Shown here piece after piece: positions 40,510 through 50,608 of a stretch of 64,000 nt of DNA (positions are counted from its first letter, which is position 1; every line of letters begins with the position of its first letter). Made by a program: the position numbers and the translations under genes. The notes under the pieces are model-generated. The model saw only the letters and a program-made list of their open reading frames with translations, was not told the origin of the DNA and did no database searches. The stretch is from an uncultured Gemmatimonadaceae bacterium (lineage in GTDB: Bacteria; Gemmatimonadota; Gemmatimonadetes; Gemmatimonadales; Gemmatimonadaceae): NCBI GenBank assembly GCA_963740355.1, contig CAVUDW010000002.1, forward strand, positions 1,888,001 through 1,952,000. The letters are read 5' to 3'.

Positions 40510-40872
40510 TCAGGACACGGCGATGCGTGCGTAGGGAATGATGTCGAGCCGTTCGAACGGAATCGGCTTGCCGGTCTGCTCGTCGAGACCGAAGGTCTCC
40601 GGCGACGTCACCATTCGATCGAGCGCAGCATCGATCTCGACCAGCTCGGCTGAGACGCGCGTGCTGATGGATGCCTCGACCTCTTCCTCGTTGACGTCGG
40701 TCCCGAGGTCGGCCGAGTGTGTCGGAAACTTCGAGATGTCGCCGGCGAGCGTCTCGCTGTCTTCCGAGGACTCAGTCGCCGCGAAATCGTTGAGCTGTGC
40801 AAGAAGGCGCTCGCGCTCTTCGTGCAGGCGCTTCTCCAGATGCTTGAGCTGGGTAGGTGTCAGGGTCATCAT
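40510..40872 (-). CDS. DksA/TraR-family regulator (YteA-like) lacking zinc-finger cysteines
   Basis: THSADLGTD coiled-coil tip; EIDAALDR..FGLDEQTGKPIPFERLDIIPYAR; GGAG RBS. Confidence 0.85.
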   Translation of the reverse strand: MMTLTPTQLKHLEKRLHEERERLLAQLNDFAATESSEDSETLAGDISKFPTHSADLGTDVNEEEVEASISTRVSAELVEIDAALDRMVTSPETFGLDEQTGKPIPFERLDIIPYARIAVS

Positions 40873-41066
40873 CGCTCCGTGTCGGTATTTCAGCTGCGCC
40901 GCACTCGTTCGACGTGATGCCGACGGCGCGCGCACGTCCACGGTACCCTGAGGTACGGGGGAGTTCCGTAAGGGATTCGGGAAGCTCGCGCTCGTCATGC
41001 ACCAGGCCGCCACGGCAAGCCCCTTGATCAGCTTGGTACGCGAGCCGTGATCCGACGCGGCCTGCG

Positions 41067-42512
41067 CTAGCGCCGGTACGGGTAGCCGCCGGCCAGTTGC
41101 GCGGCCAACTCGGCATCGAGCCCGTAGATGTCGTCGTAGAAGAGCGTCTGGCCGCTCTCCTTGGTGACGGCGGTGGCATAGACGATGTGTACGGGGATCG
41201 GCGTCGGCAGGTCGACGCGTTGCGCATCGCGCGCATTCATCGCCCGTTCGATCGCGGCGGCGTCCCAGTCACTCGATCCTCGCAGCAGCAGGCGAGCGAG
41301 GGCTGCTGGATCGGCGATGCGGATGCACCCATGACTGATGTCCCGCCGCTCCCGCTCGAACGCAGCGTGCACCGGCGTGTCGTGCAGGTAGACGTCGAAT
41401 TCATTCGGGAACATGAACTTGACGCGGCCCAACGCATTGGTGCCGCCGGGCAGCTGGCGAATTCGTGCGCTGCCCGCGATGACGCGGCGCACGGATGCCG
41501 CGTTGGCCTTCAGCGGCTTGTCGCGTGCATCGACGATTTCGTAGTTGTTGACCTCGAGCAGGTGCGGATCGTTCACCGCCAGCGGCACCAGTTCTGCCAT
41601 CGCAATGCTGCGCGGGACATCCCAGTACGGCGCGAACACGATGTACTGCAAGGCTCCGCTGAATACAGGCGTGCGGTGGCCGAACGCATCACCGACCACC
41701 ACATCCATCGTCACCATCTCCGACTCGCGATCCCGTTCTGATGCCAGGGCATACAGGCGGAATGCCGGGATGTTGACGATCACCGGTGGCGTCGTGAAGC
41801 GGTGCGGCAGCCAGCGCCACCGTTCCAGTGTCAGCCCAATCTGCTTCACACGCAATCGCGCCAGGCTATCGCTCGGCGCCTGCCGCAAGTAGACGGCCAA
41901 TGCACCTTTCAGCAGCTGATAGTGCAGGTAAGGCGGCTCCTGCTCGTCCAGCACCAATGACGGCGACGGTGAGAGCGCGAGCGAGCGCAGCTCCTCGGCG
42001 AAATCCACGGTGTCCTGCGGGAACTGCAGCCTGGCGTGTGCCTCGCCAGCGGAGATGCGCCCACTGCGCAACGATCGAATGGCGCGCAGGCCAGCAATGC
42101 TCATGGTGAGATCGAACGCGGCCTGCGCTGCCGGTGTCGCGAACGTCGGCACCAGCATCGCATTCAGGCGCGCGACATCGAAGTCGTCGGGATCGAGGCC
42201 ACGCGCTGCGATCGAGTCGAGCGCCATGATCAGTGCCGCTGCGGTGCGTGTGGGAACTCCGCCGCGTGACCAGAGGGGCGTGAATTCCCGCGCGGCATAC
42301 ACTCGCTGCAGTTCGTCGGCGACGTCGGTCACGCGCGGCCAGCGAATCCCGGCATATTCGTCGCCGCCGGCGAATGCCGTCACGGCGCTGGCAAGGAGCG
42401 AGTCGACCGCTGCCACCGGTCCCTGTGCGCGCGTGACGCGCGCGAGCCCTGCGCCGAACAGCAGCAGCAACGCTGTTCGGCGCAGGGCGGCGCCGCAGGA
42501 GCGGGCCGTCAT
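41067..42512 (-). CDS. L,D-transpeptidase (YcbB/LdtD-like with scaffold domain)
   Basis: LERWRWLP, VNIPAF, PYWDVP, NALGRVKFMFPN..VYLHDTP, SHGCIR. Confidence 0.92.
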   Translation of the reverse strand: MTARSCGAALRRTALLLLFGAGLARVTRAQGPVAAVDSLLASAVTAFAGGDEYAGIRWPRVTDVADELQRVYAAREFTPLWSRGGVPTRTAAALIMALDSIAARGLDPDDFDVARLNAMLVPTFATPAAQAAFDLTMSIAGLRAIRSLRSGRISAGEAHARLQFPQDTVDFAEELRSLALSPSPSLVLDEQEPPYLHYQLLKGALAVYLRQAPSDSLARLRVKQIGLTLERWRWLPHRFTTPPVIVNIPAFRLYALASERDRESEMVTMDVVVGDAFGHRTPVFSGALQYIVFAPYWDVPRSIAMAELVPLAVNDPHLLEVNNYEIVDARDKPLKANAASVRRVIAGSARIRQLPGGTNALGRVKFMFPNEFDVYLHDTPVHAAFERERRDISHGCIRIADPAALARLLLRGSSDWDAAAIERAMNARDAQRVDLPTPIPVHIVYATAVTKESGQTLFYDDIYGLDAELAAQLAGGYPYRR

Positions 42513-42535
42513 CGATCGACGCGCTCCATGCAATG

Positions 42536-45499
42536 TCACATCGCGACCTTTTTCACCTCGGTCTTCGCCTTCGGATCGAGCAACGGCTTGCGTGAGCGGA
42601 GATGTTCCTCCATCCGCAACCGTGGCACGCCCTCCTGCATCCACTCCGGCGCCGGCTTGCCCTGCAGGAAGTGATCGAACCACTCCTGCATGCGGACAGC
42701 GTAGTCCTTCTGGTTGATCGGACGGGCCAGGCCGTGGTTCTCGCCGACGTACTCGAGCAACACCACATCCTTGCCCAGTTCGCGCAGGGTGTTGAAGTAC
42801 GTGATGCCCTGGTTGAAGTCGACGGCACCGTCGCGATCGTTGTGCAGGATCATGAACGGGATGTGCAGGCTATCGGCAAACCGGTTCGGTGAGTTGCGCA
42901 GGTAGGCATCGGGATTGCGCGCGTAGCTGGAGCGGAAGCGCCCCTGGCTCGAGATGAAGATGCCCTGGTTGGTGCTGCCCGAGTTCCAGTAGACGGAGCT
43001 GAACATCGAGACCATGTCGGTGAGCGGTGCACCGGCGATGGCGGTCTTGAAGATGTTGGTCTGCGTGGTGACGAAGCTCGTCTGGTATCCACCCCAGCTG
43101 TGGCCCTGCAGCGCCACGTTGGCCGAATCGACGATACCGCTCGCGATGGCAGCCTTCACGGCCGGCACGACGCACCACACGGCCGAGCGGCCCGGATCGT
43201 CCAGCTTGTAGCTGATGTCCGGCATGAAGTACGCATAGCCACGCGATGTGTAGACACTGGGATTGGCGTACCGCGTGGCGTTCGGCTGCGCATAGGCGTG
43301 GAAGCCCTGCGACAACTTTTCGTAGATGTACGTCAGCGTCGGGTATTTCTTGCCTTCCTCGTATCCGGCCGGCAGGAAGAGCGCGCCCTGCAGTTCGTCG
43401 CCGTTGTTATCGCACTTGTAGTTGATGAGACGGGCGCCTGCGCTCCAGGCGACTTCGCTCTGCTGCGGGTTGGCATCGGTCAGGCGACGCTCGTTCGCAA
43501 GCCCGCCATCCGCAGCGTAGAAGTCGGGAAAGCGAACGAAGGTCTGCCGTGTGTACACCCACACATCGGCATCACGTGCGCGTCGGTAGTCGACCTTGTC
43601 GTCTTCCCACGACATCACACGCACGCCACCCTTCACGGCGTCCACCGCCACCAGTCCTTCCTTCTTGGTGCGCTCGCCGTACGTCTCGAGGAAGAGCGGG
43701 ACGCCGAGGTCGATGCCGCGCTCACGCTGCGGAATGGCAACGCGCGTCTGGTAGTGTGTGCCAGTCGACTTGCCGTTGCCGGTGATGTTGATCGCCGTGC
43801 CGCCATTCACCGGCACGCGCCACACATCCCAGTTGTCGCGCAGGAACACGGACCGCGAGTCACGCGACCAGCCGAGCGGCGCGGCGGCCGGCGGCTTCAC
43901 GACGTTGTGATCGTCCTCATCGTCCCAGAAGTTGGTGGCGATGGCCGCGGTCAGCTTGCGCGATGCCTTGGTGGTGAAGTCGTACACGCTCCACACGCCA
44001 TCGTCGTACCATGCGGCACGCAGCCCGTCAGGCGCCAGCAGCGTCGGCAGCGGGCCGCCCGGATTCTGGATGCCCTTGGCGATCAGTGCCCGCGCGCCAG
44101 TCGTGACGTCGATCGCATACAGGTCGCGCAGCTGGCGACCGTCGATGCCGGCCTGTCGCTCGTAGGGGGCCACGTCGGCGCCCAGCGCCCAGCGATCGCC
44201 ATAGCCGATGGCGACGGTGCGGATGTTGTCGTCGCTCAGCTGCACCACCTTCGGCGACGCGAGATGCCACGCGGCGACGTAGCTGAAGCTCTTGTCGGCG
44301 TTCTCCTGTACCTGCTGCTGGCTCTGCAGGCGCGGGTCCTTCCAGTGCCAGAGAATCAAAGACGGTGTTTCGTCATCCTGCCGTGCTGGGGCCACCTGTC
44401 CGCCCGCGCCAGCACCCGGCGCCGGTGCATTGGCGCCACCCGTGAGCGGGGCGCCGGTGGATGCCGGCGGTGCCGGACGCGGTTCACGCAGCCCGAAGTA
44501 GAGCACCGTCTGTGCGTCGTTCCACTTCGGTGCGCGGTCGGCGCTGACCACGGCGTTGTTGGTGACACCGGCGCTCTTCTCGTTGATCGTCACCGCCACC
44601 GGTGTGCGGGTGGCGAGGTGCGTCCAGCCAAGGATGGTGCTCAGTGTGTCTTTCGTCGCGCTGTCGGCCACCGAGCGAACGACGGCCAGTGCATCGCCGC
44701 TGTCGGCCCAGGTCAGGCGGCGGTAGAGCGCCTTTTCGCCGTCAAGCGCGCGCACCACACCGCTCGACATGTCACGCAACTGCACGCCGTTGCCAAGCTG
44801 ATCGCGCTGCTCGGTGGTGTAGGCGAGAAACTGCCCCGCCTCATCGAATGCATACTCGCCGACTGCCGCCAGCGTGATCGGTGCACCACCAGCCAGATCG
44901 ACCAGCATGACGACAGACCCGTTTACTGGCGCGGCAGGCGCTGCTGCTGCGGCGCCCGCGCCCGCCGGCGCATCGGGTGGCATCAACTGCAATGCGATCA
45001 CGTTCGAGCGATCGCCGGCGAAACGGAAGCTGCGGACCCGCTCGAACTCGCGCTTCGCTCCGGTCGCGAGCTCGATCACGCCCACCCTCGTCGGCAATGT
45101 GCGGCGATCCTTCCGCGCCTTCTTCGCTTCTTCGGCCTTCGGATAGACGGTGTAGGCGACCCAGCGATTGTTGCCCGACACGGCGACCGGCGTGCCAGCT
45201 GCCGGTCCACCTGCGGGCGGTTCACCGACGGCCACTCGCGTCTCCTTGCCCGTCGCCGACGTACCGCGAACGACGAACTCCGCATCCCCCTCGTTCGGGG
45301 CGAGGACGTACGCCATCCAGCGCCCGTCGTTCGACAGCGTGGGGAAGCGGATGCCCTTCCACGACAGCAGATCTTCCATTGTCAGTGGCCGCTTGCCTGA
45401 CGCGACCGGCGCCTGTGCCGACCCGGTGGCAGAGCAGAAGACGAGGGCCACCAGCAGGGCAGCGGCCCTGACGAAGGGGCGCGGGAGACGACCGGGCAT
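42536..45499 (-). CDS. S9 prolyl-oligopeptidase-family peptidase, exported
   Basis: Propeller region, then GHSWGG, DGAV, ENHGL triad. Confidence 0.92.
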   Translation of the reverse strand: MPGRLPRPFVRAAALLVALVFCSATGSAQAPVASGKRPLTMEDLLSWKGIRFPTLSNDGRWMAYVLAPNEGDAEFVVRGTSATGKETRVAVGEPPAGGPAAGTPVAVSGNNRWVAYTVYPKAEEAKKARKDRRTLPTRVGVIELATGAKREFERVRSFRFAGDRSNVIALQLMPPDAPAGAGAAAAAPAAPVNGSVVMLVDLAGGAPITLAAVGEYAFDEAGQFLAYTTEQRDQLGNGVQLRDMSSGVVRALDGEKALYRRLTWADSGDALAVVRSVADSATKDTLSTILGWTHLATRTPVAVTINEKSAGVTNNAVVSADRAPKWNDAQTVLYFGLREPRPAPPASTGAPLTGGANAPAPGAGAGGQVAPARQDDETPSLILWHWKDPRLQSQQQVQENADKSFSYVAAWHLASPKVVQLSDDNIRTVAIGYGDRWALGADVAPYERQAGIDGRQLRDLYAIDVTTGARALIAKGIQNPGGPLPTLLAPDGLRAAWYDDGVWSVYDFTTKASRKLTAAIATNFWDDEDDHNVVKPPAAAPLGWSRDSRSVFLRDNWDVWRVPVNGGTAINITGNGKSTGTHYQTRVAIPQRERGIDLGVPLFLETYGERTKKEGLVAVDAVKGGVRVMSWEDDKVDYRRARDADVWVYTRQTFVRFPDFYAADGGLANERRLTDANPQQSEVAWSAGARLINYKCDNNGDELQGALFLPAGYEEGKKYPTLTYIYEKLSQGFHAYAQPNATRYANPSVYTSRGYAYFMPDISYKLDDPGRSAVWCVVPAVKAAIASGIVDSANVALQGHSWGGYQTSFVTTQTNIFKTAIAGAPLTDMVSMFSSVYWNSGSTNQGIFISSQGRFRSSYARNPDAYLRNSPNRFADSLHIPFMILHNDRDGAVDFNQGITYFNTLRELGKDVVLLEYVGENHGLARPINQKDYAVRMQEWFDHFLQGKPAPEWMQEGVPRLRMEEHLRSRKPLLDPKAKTEVKKVAM

Positions 45500-45563
45500 G
45501 CAGGACTCCGGGAACGGTGTAGACGGCGAAACTCACCTGCCGCGGAGTCGACGTCAAATCAAC

Positions 45564-45595
45564 TCGCGGGATATCCTCAGCTATCGCGGGATATC
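45564..45595. promoter_or_regulatory. 12-bp perfect direct repeat with 20-nt period upstream of the S9 peptidase
   Basis: TCGCGGGATATC at 45564 and 45584. Confidence 0.4.
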
Positions 45596-45633
45596 ATGGC
45601 CACCGCCCGGATACGTCTCGAATCGCGATTCCG

Positions 45634-48600
45634 TTATCGGGACCGGCGCGGCTGGATGGCAGCGAGTGCATCCCGAAAGGCCTGCAGGAGCACCGCGTAC
45701 GCGGGTCGCTCCGGATCGAGCATCGTGAAGTGATTCGTCGAATCACTCATCACCACCCAGGTGCTGTCGCCCGCTGCACGCGCGCGGGTCGCGTACACCG
45801 GCATCGAGCCGGCCTCCGAGCCCAGCGTCGGCAGGCGCCAGTCGAGGCCTCCACGCACCATCGCCTGCGGAACACCAAGGGGCAGGAACTCCGACGGCGA
45901 GGCGAGCCGCCAGCGTTCGGGTTCCGCCGCGGGTGTACTCGCCAGCAGCTGTTCCAGCACGTTGCCGCCACAGATGGTGCTGATGCCGGTGTTGGCCATC
46001 GCCAGGTCACCCGGCCCGTCGATCGCGACGACCGCATCGATGCGCAGGGCGTCCTTCTTCGCGCGAACGCCGCTCGAGCGTGGCAGCTTGGGCTGCGCTG
46101 CCAGCCACAACGCGAGGTGCGCCCCCGCCGAGTGGCCGCTGGCGATGACCCTCGTCAGGTCGAGATGAAAGCGCGGCGCGAGCCGTTTCACCAGCGCCGC
46201 CTCCGCCGCCACATCCTCGAAGGTGCCGGGCCAGCCACCCCCCGGCTCATCGGCACGCCGATACGAGATCGTCCAGGTCGCAAAGCCAGCCTGTCGCAGC
46301 GCCTCCGACATCGGACGCATGTAGCGCGAATCGGCGAACTTGGTGACCCAGCATCCGCCGTGAATCACGATCGCGAGCGGATGCGGACCAGCACCGGTCG
46401 GCACCCGCAATTCAGCCACCAGGTCCTTTTCGCCAGAGCGCAGGATGACCGTGGTGTCCGGCGCAGGGACAGCGCGCTCCTGCAGCATTCCGGCGTTCAG
46501 CCGCTGGGCCAGAAGGGGAGGGCCGAAAAGGGCCGCCGACAGCATGACCGTGGCGAGGACGCCGAGTGCGCGCTTGGCAGGGTTGGGTGTGAGGAGGGCA
46601 CGCGCCCTCGCCACCAGGTCTGCGCCGTGGAATGGCTTCGGGATCACGTCATCCGGTCGGTCGGCGTCGCCCAATCCGTGCAGGATGTCATCCGCATACC
46701 CAGTCATGAGAAGTACTCGCAACCCGGGCACAATATCTCTCGCCGCGCGCGACAACTCCACGCCGCTCATCCCAGGCATCACGACATCGGAGACCAGCAG
46801 TTGTGTGTCGCGCCCATCGCTGGCCAGCCATTCCAGCGCTGACGCTGGTGTGGGCGCCGAGTGCACCTGTAGGCCAGCGCCTGACAACAGGCGCACCACG
46901 ATGCGTCGAATGGCGTCGTTGTCCTCGCACACCACGACACGCGCTTGCACGCTGACAACAGGTGCCTCGATCGCGGCTGGCTCGACGATGTCGAGCGCTT
47001 CCAGCGACCGCGGGATCCAGAGCGAAAATGCGCTGCCTTCACCGATGGTACTGGTTGCGCGGACAGTGCCACCAAGTTTGCGCACGACTGCCTGCACCGT
47101 GGCCAACCCGAGGCCGGTGCCCTGTTCACCCTTGGTCGTGAAGAACGGCTCGAAGATGTCGCGGAGCACATCGGGTGCAATGCCGACGCCGGTATCGCGG
47201 ACGGCGAGCGTCGCGTAGTCGCCAGGCGCGAGGCCGAGGCGAGCGGCCTCGTCGCCGGTCAGCGTTGCGCTTCCGGTGGTGATGCTGACCTTCCCACCCT
47301 GTGGCATGGCGTCGCGGGCATTGGCGGCAAGGTTGAGCATGATCTGCTCGAACTGCCCCACATCCAGCGCCACATTCCAGCTCTCGCCGAGATGCTGCAC
47401 CTCGATCTCGGTGTGTTCCTCCAGCACGCGCTGCAGCAGCGACGTCACGGCGTCGACCTGCGCCGCCAGCGACACCACCCGCGGCGCGACGACCTGTGCG
47501 CGCGAGAACGCGAGCAACTGCGTAGTGAGCCGCTGCGTCCGCTCGACCGTCTCCTCGATCTCGTCGAGCGCACCTGCTGCTTCCGGCGCGCCCGCGATAT
47601 GGGGGCGAAGTACATACGCCTGCCCGAGCACGATCGTCATCAGGTTGTTCACATCGTGCGCCACACCACCTGCCAGCCGGCCGATGGCTTCGAGACGCTC
47701 GGCGCGTACTCGGGCCTGCGCTTCCTGTTCCAATTGCAGCAGGTCGGTGGCCGTGGCGACGGCGCCGACCACTTCACCATTCGCGCCGCGCATCGGTTCG
47801 TAGCGCATCTCCATGCGGGTGTCTGGATCCGGTGTCAGCACGGCCACGTCCGAATGGCCGCTCAGCGCACGCTTCCAGCCTTCCGTTCGGCGCGCCATGA
47901 CCTCGGGCGTTCCTTGCGTCGGCGCCATCGGGTCGCCGCCGATGGTCAGGTGTTGCTTGGCCGACTTGACGAAGATCGCATCGGCCGCAGCGCTGAACCC
48001 GACGATGCGCCGATCGAGGTCCACGGCGAGGATGGCCTCTGGTGCCGTATCGAGGAATGACTGGAACCGGTCCGACGAACGCCGCAGGTCACTCAGCACG
48101 GCGGCCAGCAACACCGTGGAGGCGCCGATCGCACCAACATAGAGCTCAACTGCTACGAATCGTTCGAAGCCGGGAGCGCCACTCTCCGCGAAGCTGCCGA
48201 CGCCCGATGCCGTGATGGCGAGGATCGTCGCGAAGGTGATCACGGATGCCCAGGCCGTCATCCCCACGCCATAGCGATACGCGATCAGGATCAGGAACGG
48301 GACGGCGACGAGGCCGATCGGCAGGGTGATGCGCGCGACGTGTGGATGGGTCGTCACCGCGGCAATCGCACCAGCCACCGCCACGAGGGCGACCAATCGT
48401 TCGAGGAATGCCGCCCCCGTCATGCGCCGTTCGTGATGAAACCATTCGAGCGAGACCCAGAGCGCCGGCGCCAGCAGGAGGGTCATCACCAACTCGGTGA
48501 AGTACCACTGCGGTACGGCGGACGTCGCCGGCGGGCCCCCGGTGGCTGCGATCAACCATCCGCCGGCGATGGCACCCAGTGGCACGATCACGAACGTGAT

Positions 48601-48981
48601 CAACGCGGCGAACCGAAGCAGCGGACCAGTGCGGTCGAGGTGCGGGCGTGGCCCAAGCAGCGCGATCACGGCCTCGGCGCCAGCCCAGTCGATGAGCAGT
48701 CGGACGCACATGCCCAGCACCACTCCGGGACCCGACAGGCCGCTCACGAGCGCATGGGCGGCGACGTTTGCGAGCAGCGTGGTCAACGCGATCCGCCAGC
48801 GGCGTCCATCCGGCGTGCCAAGAATCGCCACCAGCCCAACGGCACCCGCGGGCCACAAGCCGGGATTGTCGTGCAGCGCCTTGCTCCATGCGAGCGAGCC
48901 AGCCTGCGCGACGAAATAGAGCACGAACGACGCGACGAAATACCATGCCTGCGTCGTGGATCGTGTCGTTTGCTTAGACAG
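45634..48981 (-). CDS. MASE1-PAS-HisKA-HATPase-REC hybrid kinase fused in frame to an alpha/beta hydrolase
   Basis: LWPAGAV MASE1; AHDVNN; EPFFTTK; REC; then IHGGCW, GHSAG, GGLD, NHF. Probable CTG start at 48981 behind AGGAG. Confidence 0.85.
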   Translation of the reverse strand: MSKQTTRSTTQAWYFVASFVLYFVAQAGSLAWSKALHDNPGLWPAGAVGLVAILGTPDGRRWRIALTTLLANVAAHALVSGLSGPGVVLGMCVRLLIDWAGAEAVIALLGPRPHLDRTGPLLRFAALITFVIVPLGAIAGGWLIAATGGPPATSAVPQWYFTELVMTLLLAPALWVSLEWFHHERRMTGAAFLERLVALVAVAGAIAAVTTHPHVARITLPIGLVAVPFLILIAYRYGVGMTAWASVITFATILAITASGVGSFAESGAPGFERFVAVELYVGAIGASTVLLAAVLSDLRRSSDRFQSFLDTAPEAILAVDLDRRIVGFSAAADAIFVKSAKQHLTIGGDPMAPTQGTPEVMARRTEGWKRALSGHSDVAVLTPDPDTRMEMRYEPMRGANGEVVGAVATATDLLQLEQEAQARVRAERLEAIGRLAGGVAHDVNNLMTIVLGQAYVLRPHIAGAPEAAGALDEIEETVERTQRLTTQLLAFSRAQVVAPRVVSLAAQVDAVTSLLQRVLEEHTEIEVQHLGESWNVALDVGQFEQIMLNLAANARDAMPQGGKVSITTGSATLTGDEAARLGLAPGDYATLAVRDTGVGIAPDVLRDIFEPFFTTKGEQGTGLGLATVQAVVRKLGGTVRATSTIGEGSAFSLWIPRSLEALDIVEPAAIEAPVVSVQARVVVCEDNDAIRRIVVRLLSGAGLQVHSAPTPASALEWLASDGRDTQLLVSDVVMPGMSGVELSRAARDIVPGLRVLLMTGYADDILHGLGDADRPDDVIPKPFHGADLVARARALLTPNPAKRALGVLATVMLSAALFGPPLLAQRLNAGMLQERAVPAPDTTVILRSGEKDLVAELRVPTGAGPHPLAIVIHGGCWVTKFADSRYMRPMSEALRQAGFATWTISYRRADEPGGGWPGTFEDVAAEAALVKRLAPRFHLDLTRVIASGHSAGAHLALWLAAQPKLPRSSGVRAKKDALRIDAVVAIDGPGDLAMANTGISTICGGNVLEQLLASTPAAEPERWRLASPSEFLPLGVPQAMVRGGLDWRLPTLGSEAGSMPVYATRARAAGDSTWVVMSDSTNHFTMLDPERPAYAVLLQAFRDALAAIQPRRSR

Positions 48982-49063
48982 GGTAGCTCCTATGCTTCAC
49001 CGCAGCGGCAGCCGGCGCGTCCGGACCGTCATGTTACAAGGTGCAGACGGATTGGACAGTGCG

Positions 49064-50608
49064 CTATGCGGCGGCGGCCGCGGCGGACGCCTGACGATGT
49101 CGGGAGAATGCGGCCACCAGGTGATCACGCATGGCGCGCAGCAGCTCCTTGATCGTGTCCGAACACTCGACGGGATCCGGCCCGTTATCGAAGTACAGGC
49201 ACCCGATCAACTTGTCTTCCAGGACCAGCGGCAGCAACGCGACACAGCGCGGGCGCAGCTCGCGAAGCATGCGATCGCGGCGAAAGCTCTTGCCATCGCC
49301 GACCTCGGTGTCGATGAACACATCCTCACGAAGTTGCAGCGCCTCGCCGAGCGGGCCGAATGCCCGTTGAGGGCGAACCGCGAATGTCCGCAGCAGTTCC
49401 TCGTGGCCGACGCCCGCGCCCATGCGTCCCTTCACGACACTGAAGTCCTCCGTGCTCAGCGCCAGCAAGGAGCGACGAAAGCCAGCGCCACGCGCGGCAT
49501 CGAGCGTCGCCGCTGTCGCCGCACCGACCGTGAAGCGGTCGCCCTGCTGCCGCTGCTCGCTGAGCGAGCGGACGACCCCGCGCACCTCGGCCTCGCTGGC
49601 GCTGTCCGACTCGTTCGGCTGTGTGAGGTTGGAGACGGCGGATTCCCCCGACGTGGCCAATTCCAGCTCCAGCCGCTTCGAGGCATACCGCTCTTCCCGT
49701 GCGGCCAGCCAGCCGTCCACCGAGACGTGCATCGTGTCCAGCGTCGGCGTCGCTTCCATTCGGGCGGTCGCGACGGACTCGTGAATCACCTTCGCTTCCA
49801 CACCGAGCGCCTTGGTGTATGACTCGATCAATGGCGCGCTGTCGGGAAGCGCTCCGTCGGATTGAAGGGCACCGTACGTCAGGCGCGTGAGGTCGGCGCT
49901 GCACTGGGTGATGTGGTGCAGGCGATCGCGGGCTGTATCATCACTCGGGTCGATGCGCCGCAGCGTCTGCACCAGGTCCGCGGGCATGCCCCAGCGTTGC
50001 GCCAGCACGAGCCCGACCTGATCGAAGGTGAAGCCAAAGTGCTTCTCCTCGCTGCCGACGCCCTGCGCCCCGCCGGTGACCACGATATCGGTCCACTCTC
50101 GGTACTGTGTCGCCCGATAGCAGGCGACCAGCACCTCGCCGAGGTTGCGAAAGAGGCCGCAGAGATACGCCATCTCGGGGCGCCCGTAGCCCGCACCGAT
50201 GGCCAGTGAAAGGCTCTGGTTGGCCGTGAGCACGGAGAGCACCAGCAGGTCCTGCACGGCGGGAGCGTTCTTCTCGATCTGTTCGAACATGCTGGCAGAC
50301 GCCGAGAGGTGCTGCACTCGATCGTAGCCAAGCAACATGATCGCCTGCTTGACGCTCGTGATCGGCGTTCCGCCACCGTTGAGCGCCGAACTGGCGATGC
50401 GCAGCACCTTGGTCGTGAGGGCGACATCCCTCACGATGGCCTGCTCGAGCAGCGCGACTCGCGCTTCGAGGTCGGACGCGACCGTGGCGATGGCGCGCAC
50501 GTTTTGCACGAACGCGGGGAGATCGGTGGCTGCGCCGACGGACTGGACGAAGGCCAACGCCTCGCGCGACAGTGTGCCCTCGGCCGGCGACGATACGCCC
50601 GTGCTCAT
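49064..50608 (-). CDS. HDOD domain protein with C-terminal GAF-like domain
   Basis: DLPAF, IVRDVALTTKVLRIA, SVKQAIMLLG, GLFRNLG, WGMP; LPLVLEDKLIGCLYFD. Confidence 0.88.
   Translation of the reverse strand: MSTGVSSPAEGTLSREALAFVQSVGAATDLPAFVQNVRAIATVASDLEARVALLEQAIVRDVALTTKVLRIASSALNGGGTPITSVKQAIMLLGYDRVQHLSASASMFEQIEKNAPAVQDLLVLSVLTANQSLSLAIGAGYGRPEMAYLCGLFRNLGEVLVACYRATQYREWTDIVVTGGAQGVGSEEKHFGFTFDQVGLVLAQRWGMPADLVQTLRRIDPSDDTARDRLHHITQCSADLTRLTYGALQSDGALPDSAPLIESYTKALGVEAKVIHESVATARMEATPTLDTMHVSVDGWLAAREERYASKRLELELATSGESAVSNLTQPNESDSASEAEVRGVVRSLSEQRQQGDRFTVGAATAATLDAARGAGFRRSLLALSTEDFSVVKGRMGAGVGHEELLRTFAVRPQRAFGPLGEALQLREDVFIDTEVGDGKSFRRDRMLRELRPRCVALLPLVLEDKLIGCLYFDNGPDPVECSDTIKELLRAMRDHLVAAFSRHRQASAAAAAA

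Noticed and set aside
43100..45400. 766-aa + strand ORF (and similar long shadows such as 3-1004, 12453-13997, 20657-21958, 58841-60280)
   Set aside because: Antisense shadows of genuine genes, expected at high GC; Arg-rich and without motifs.
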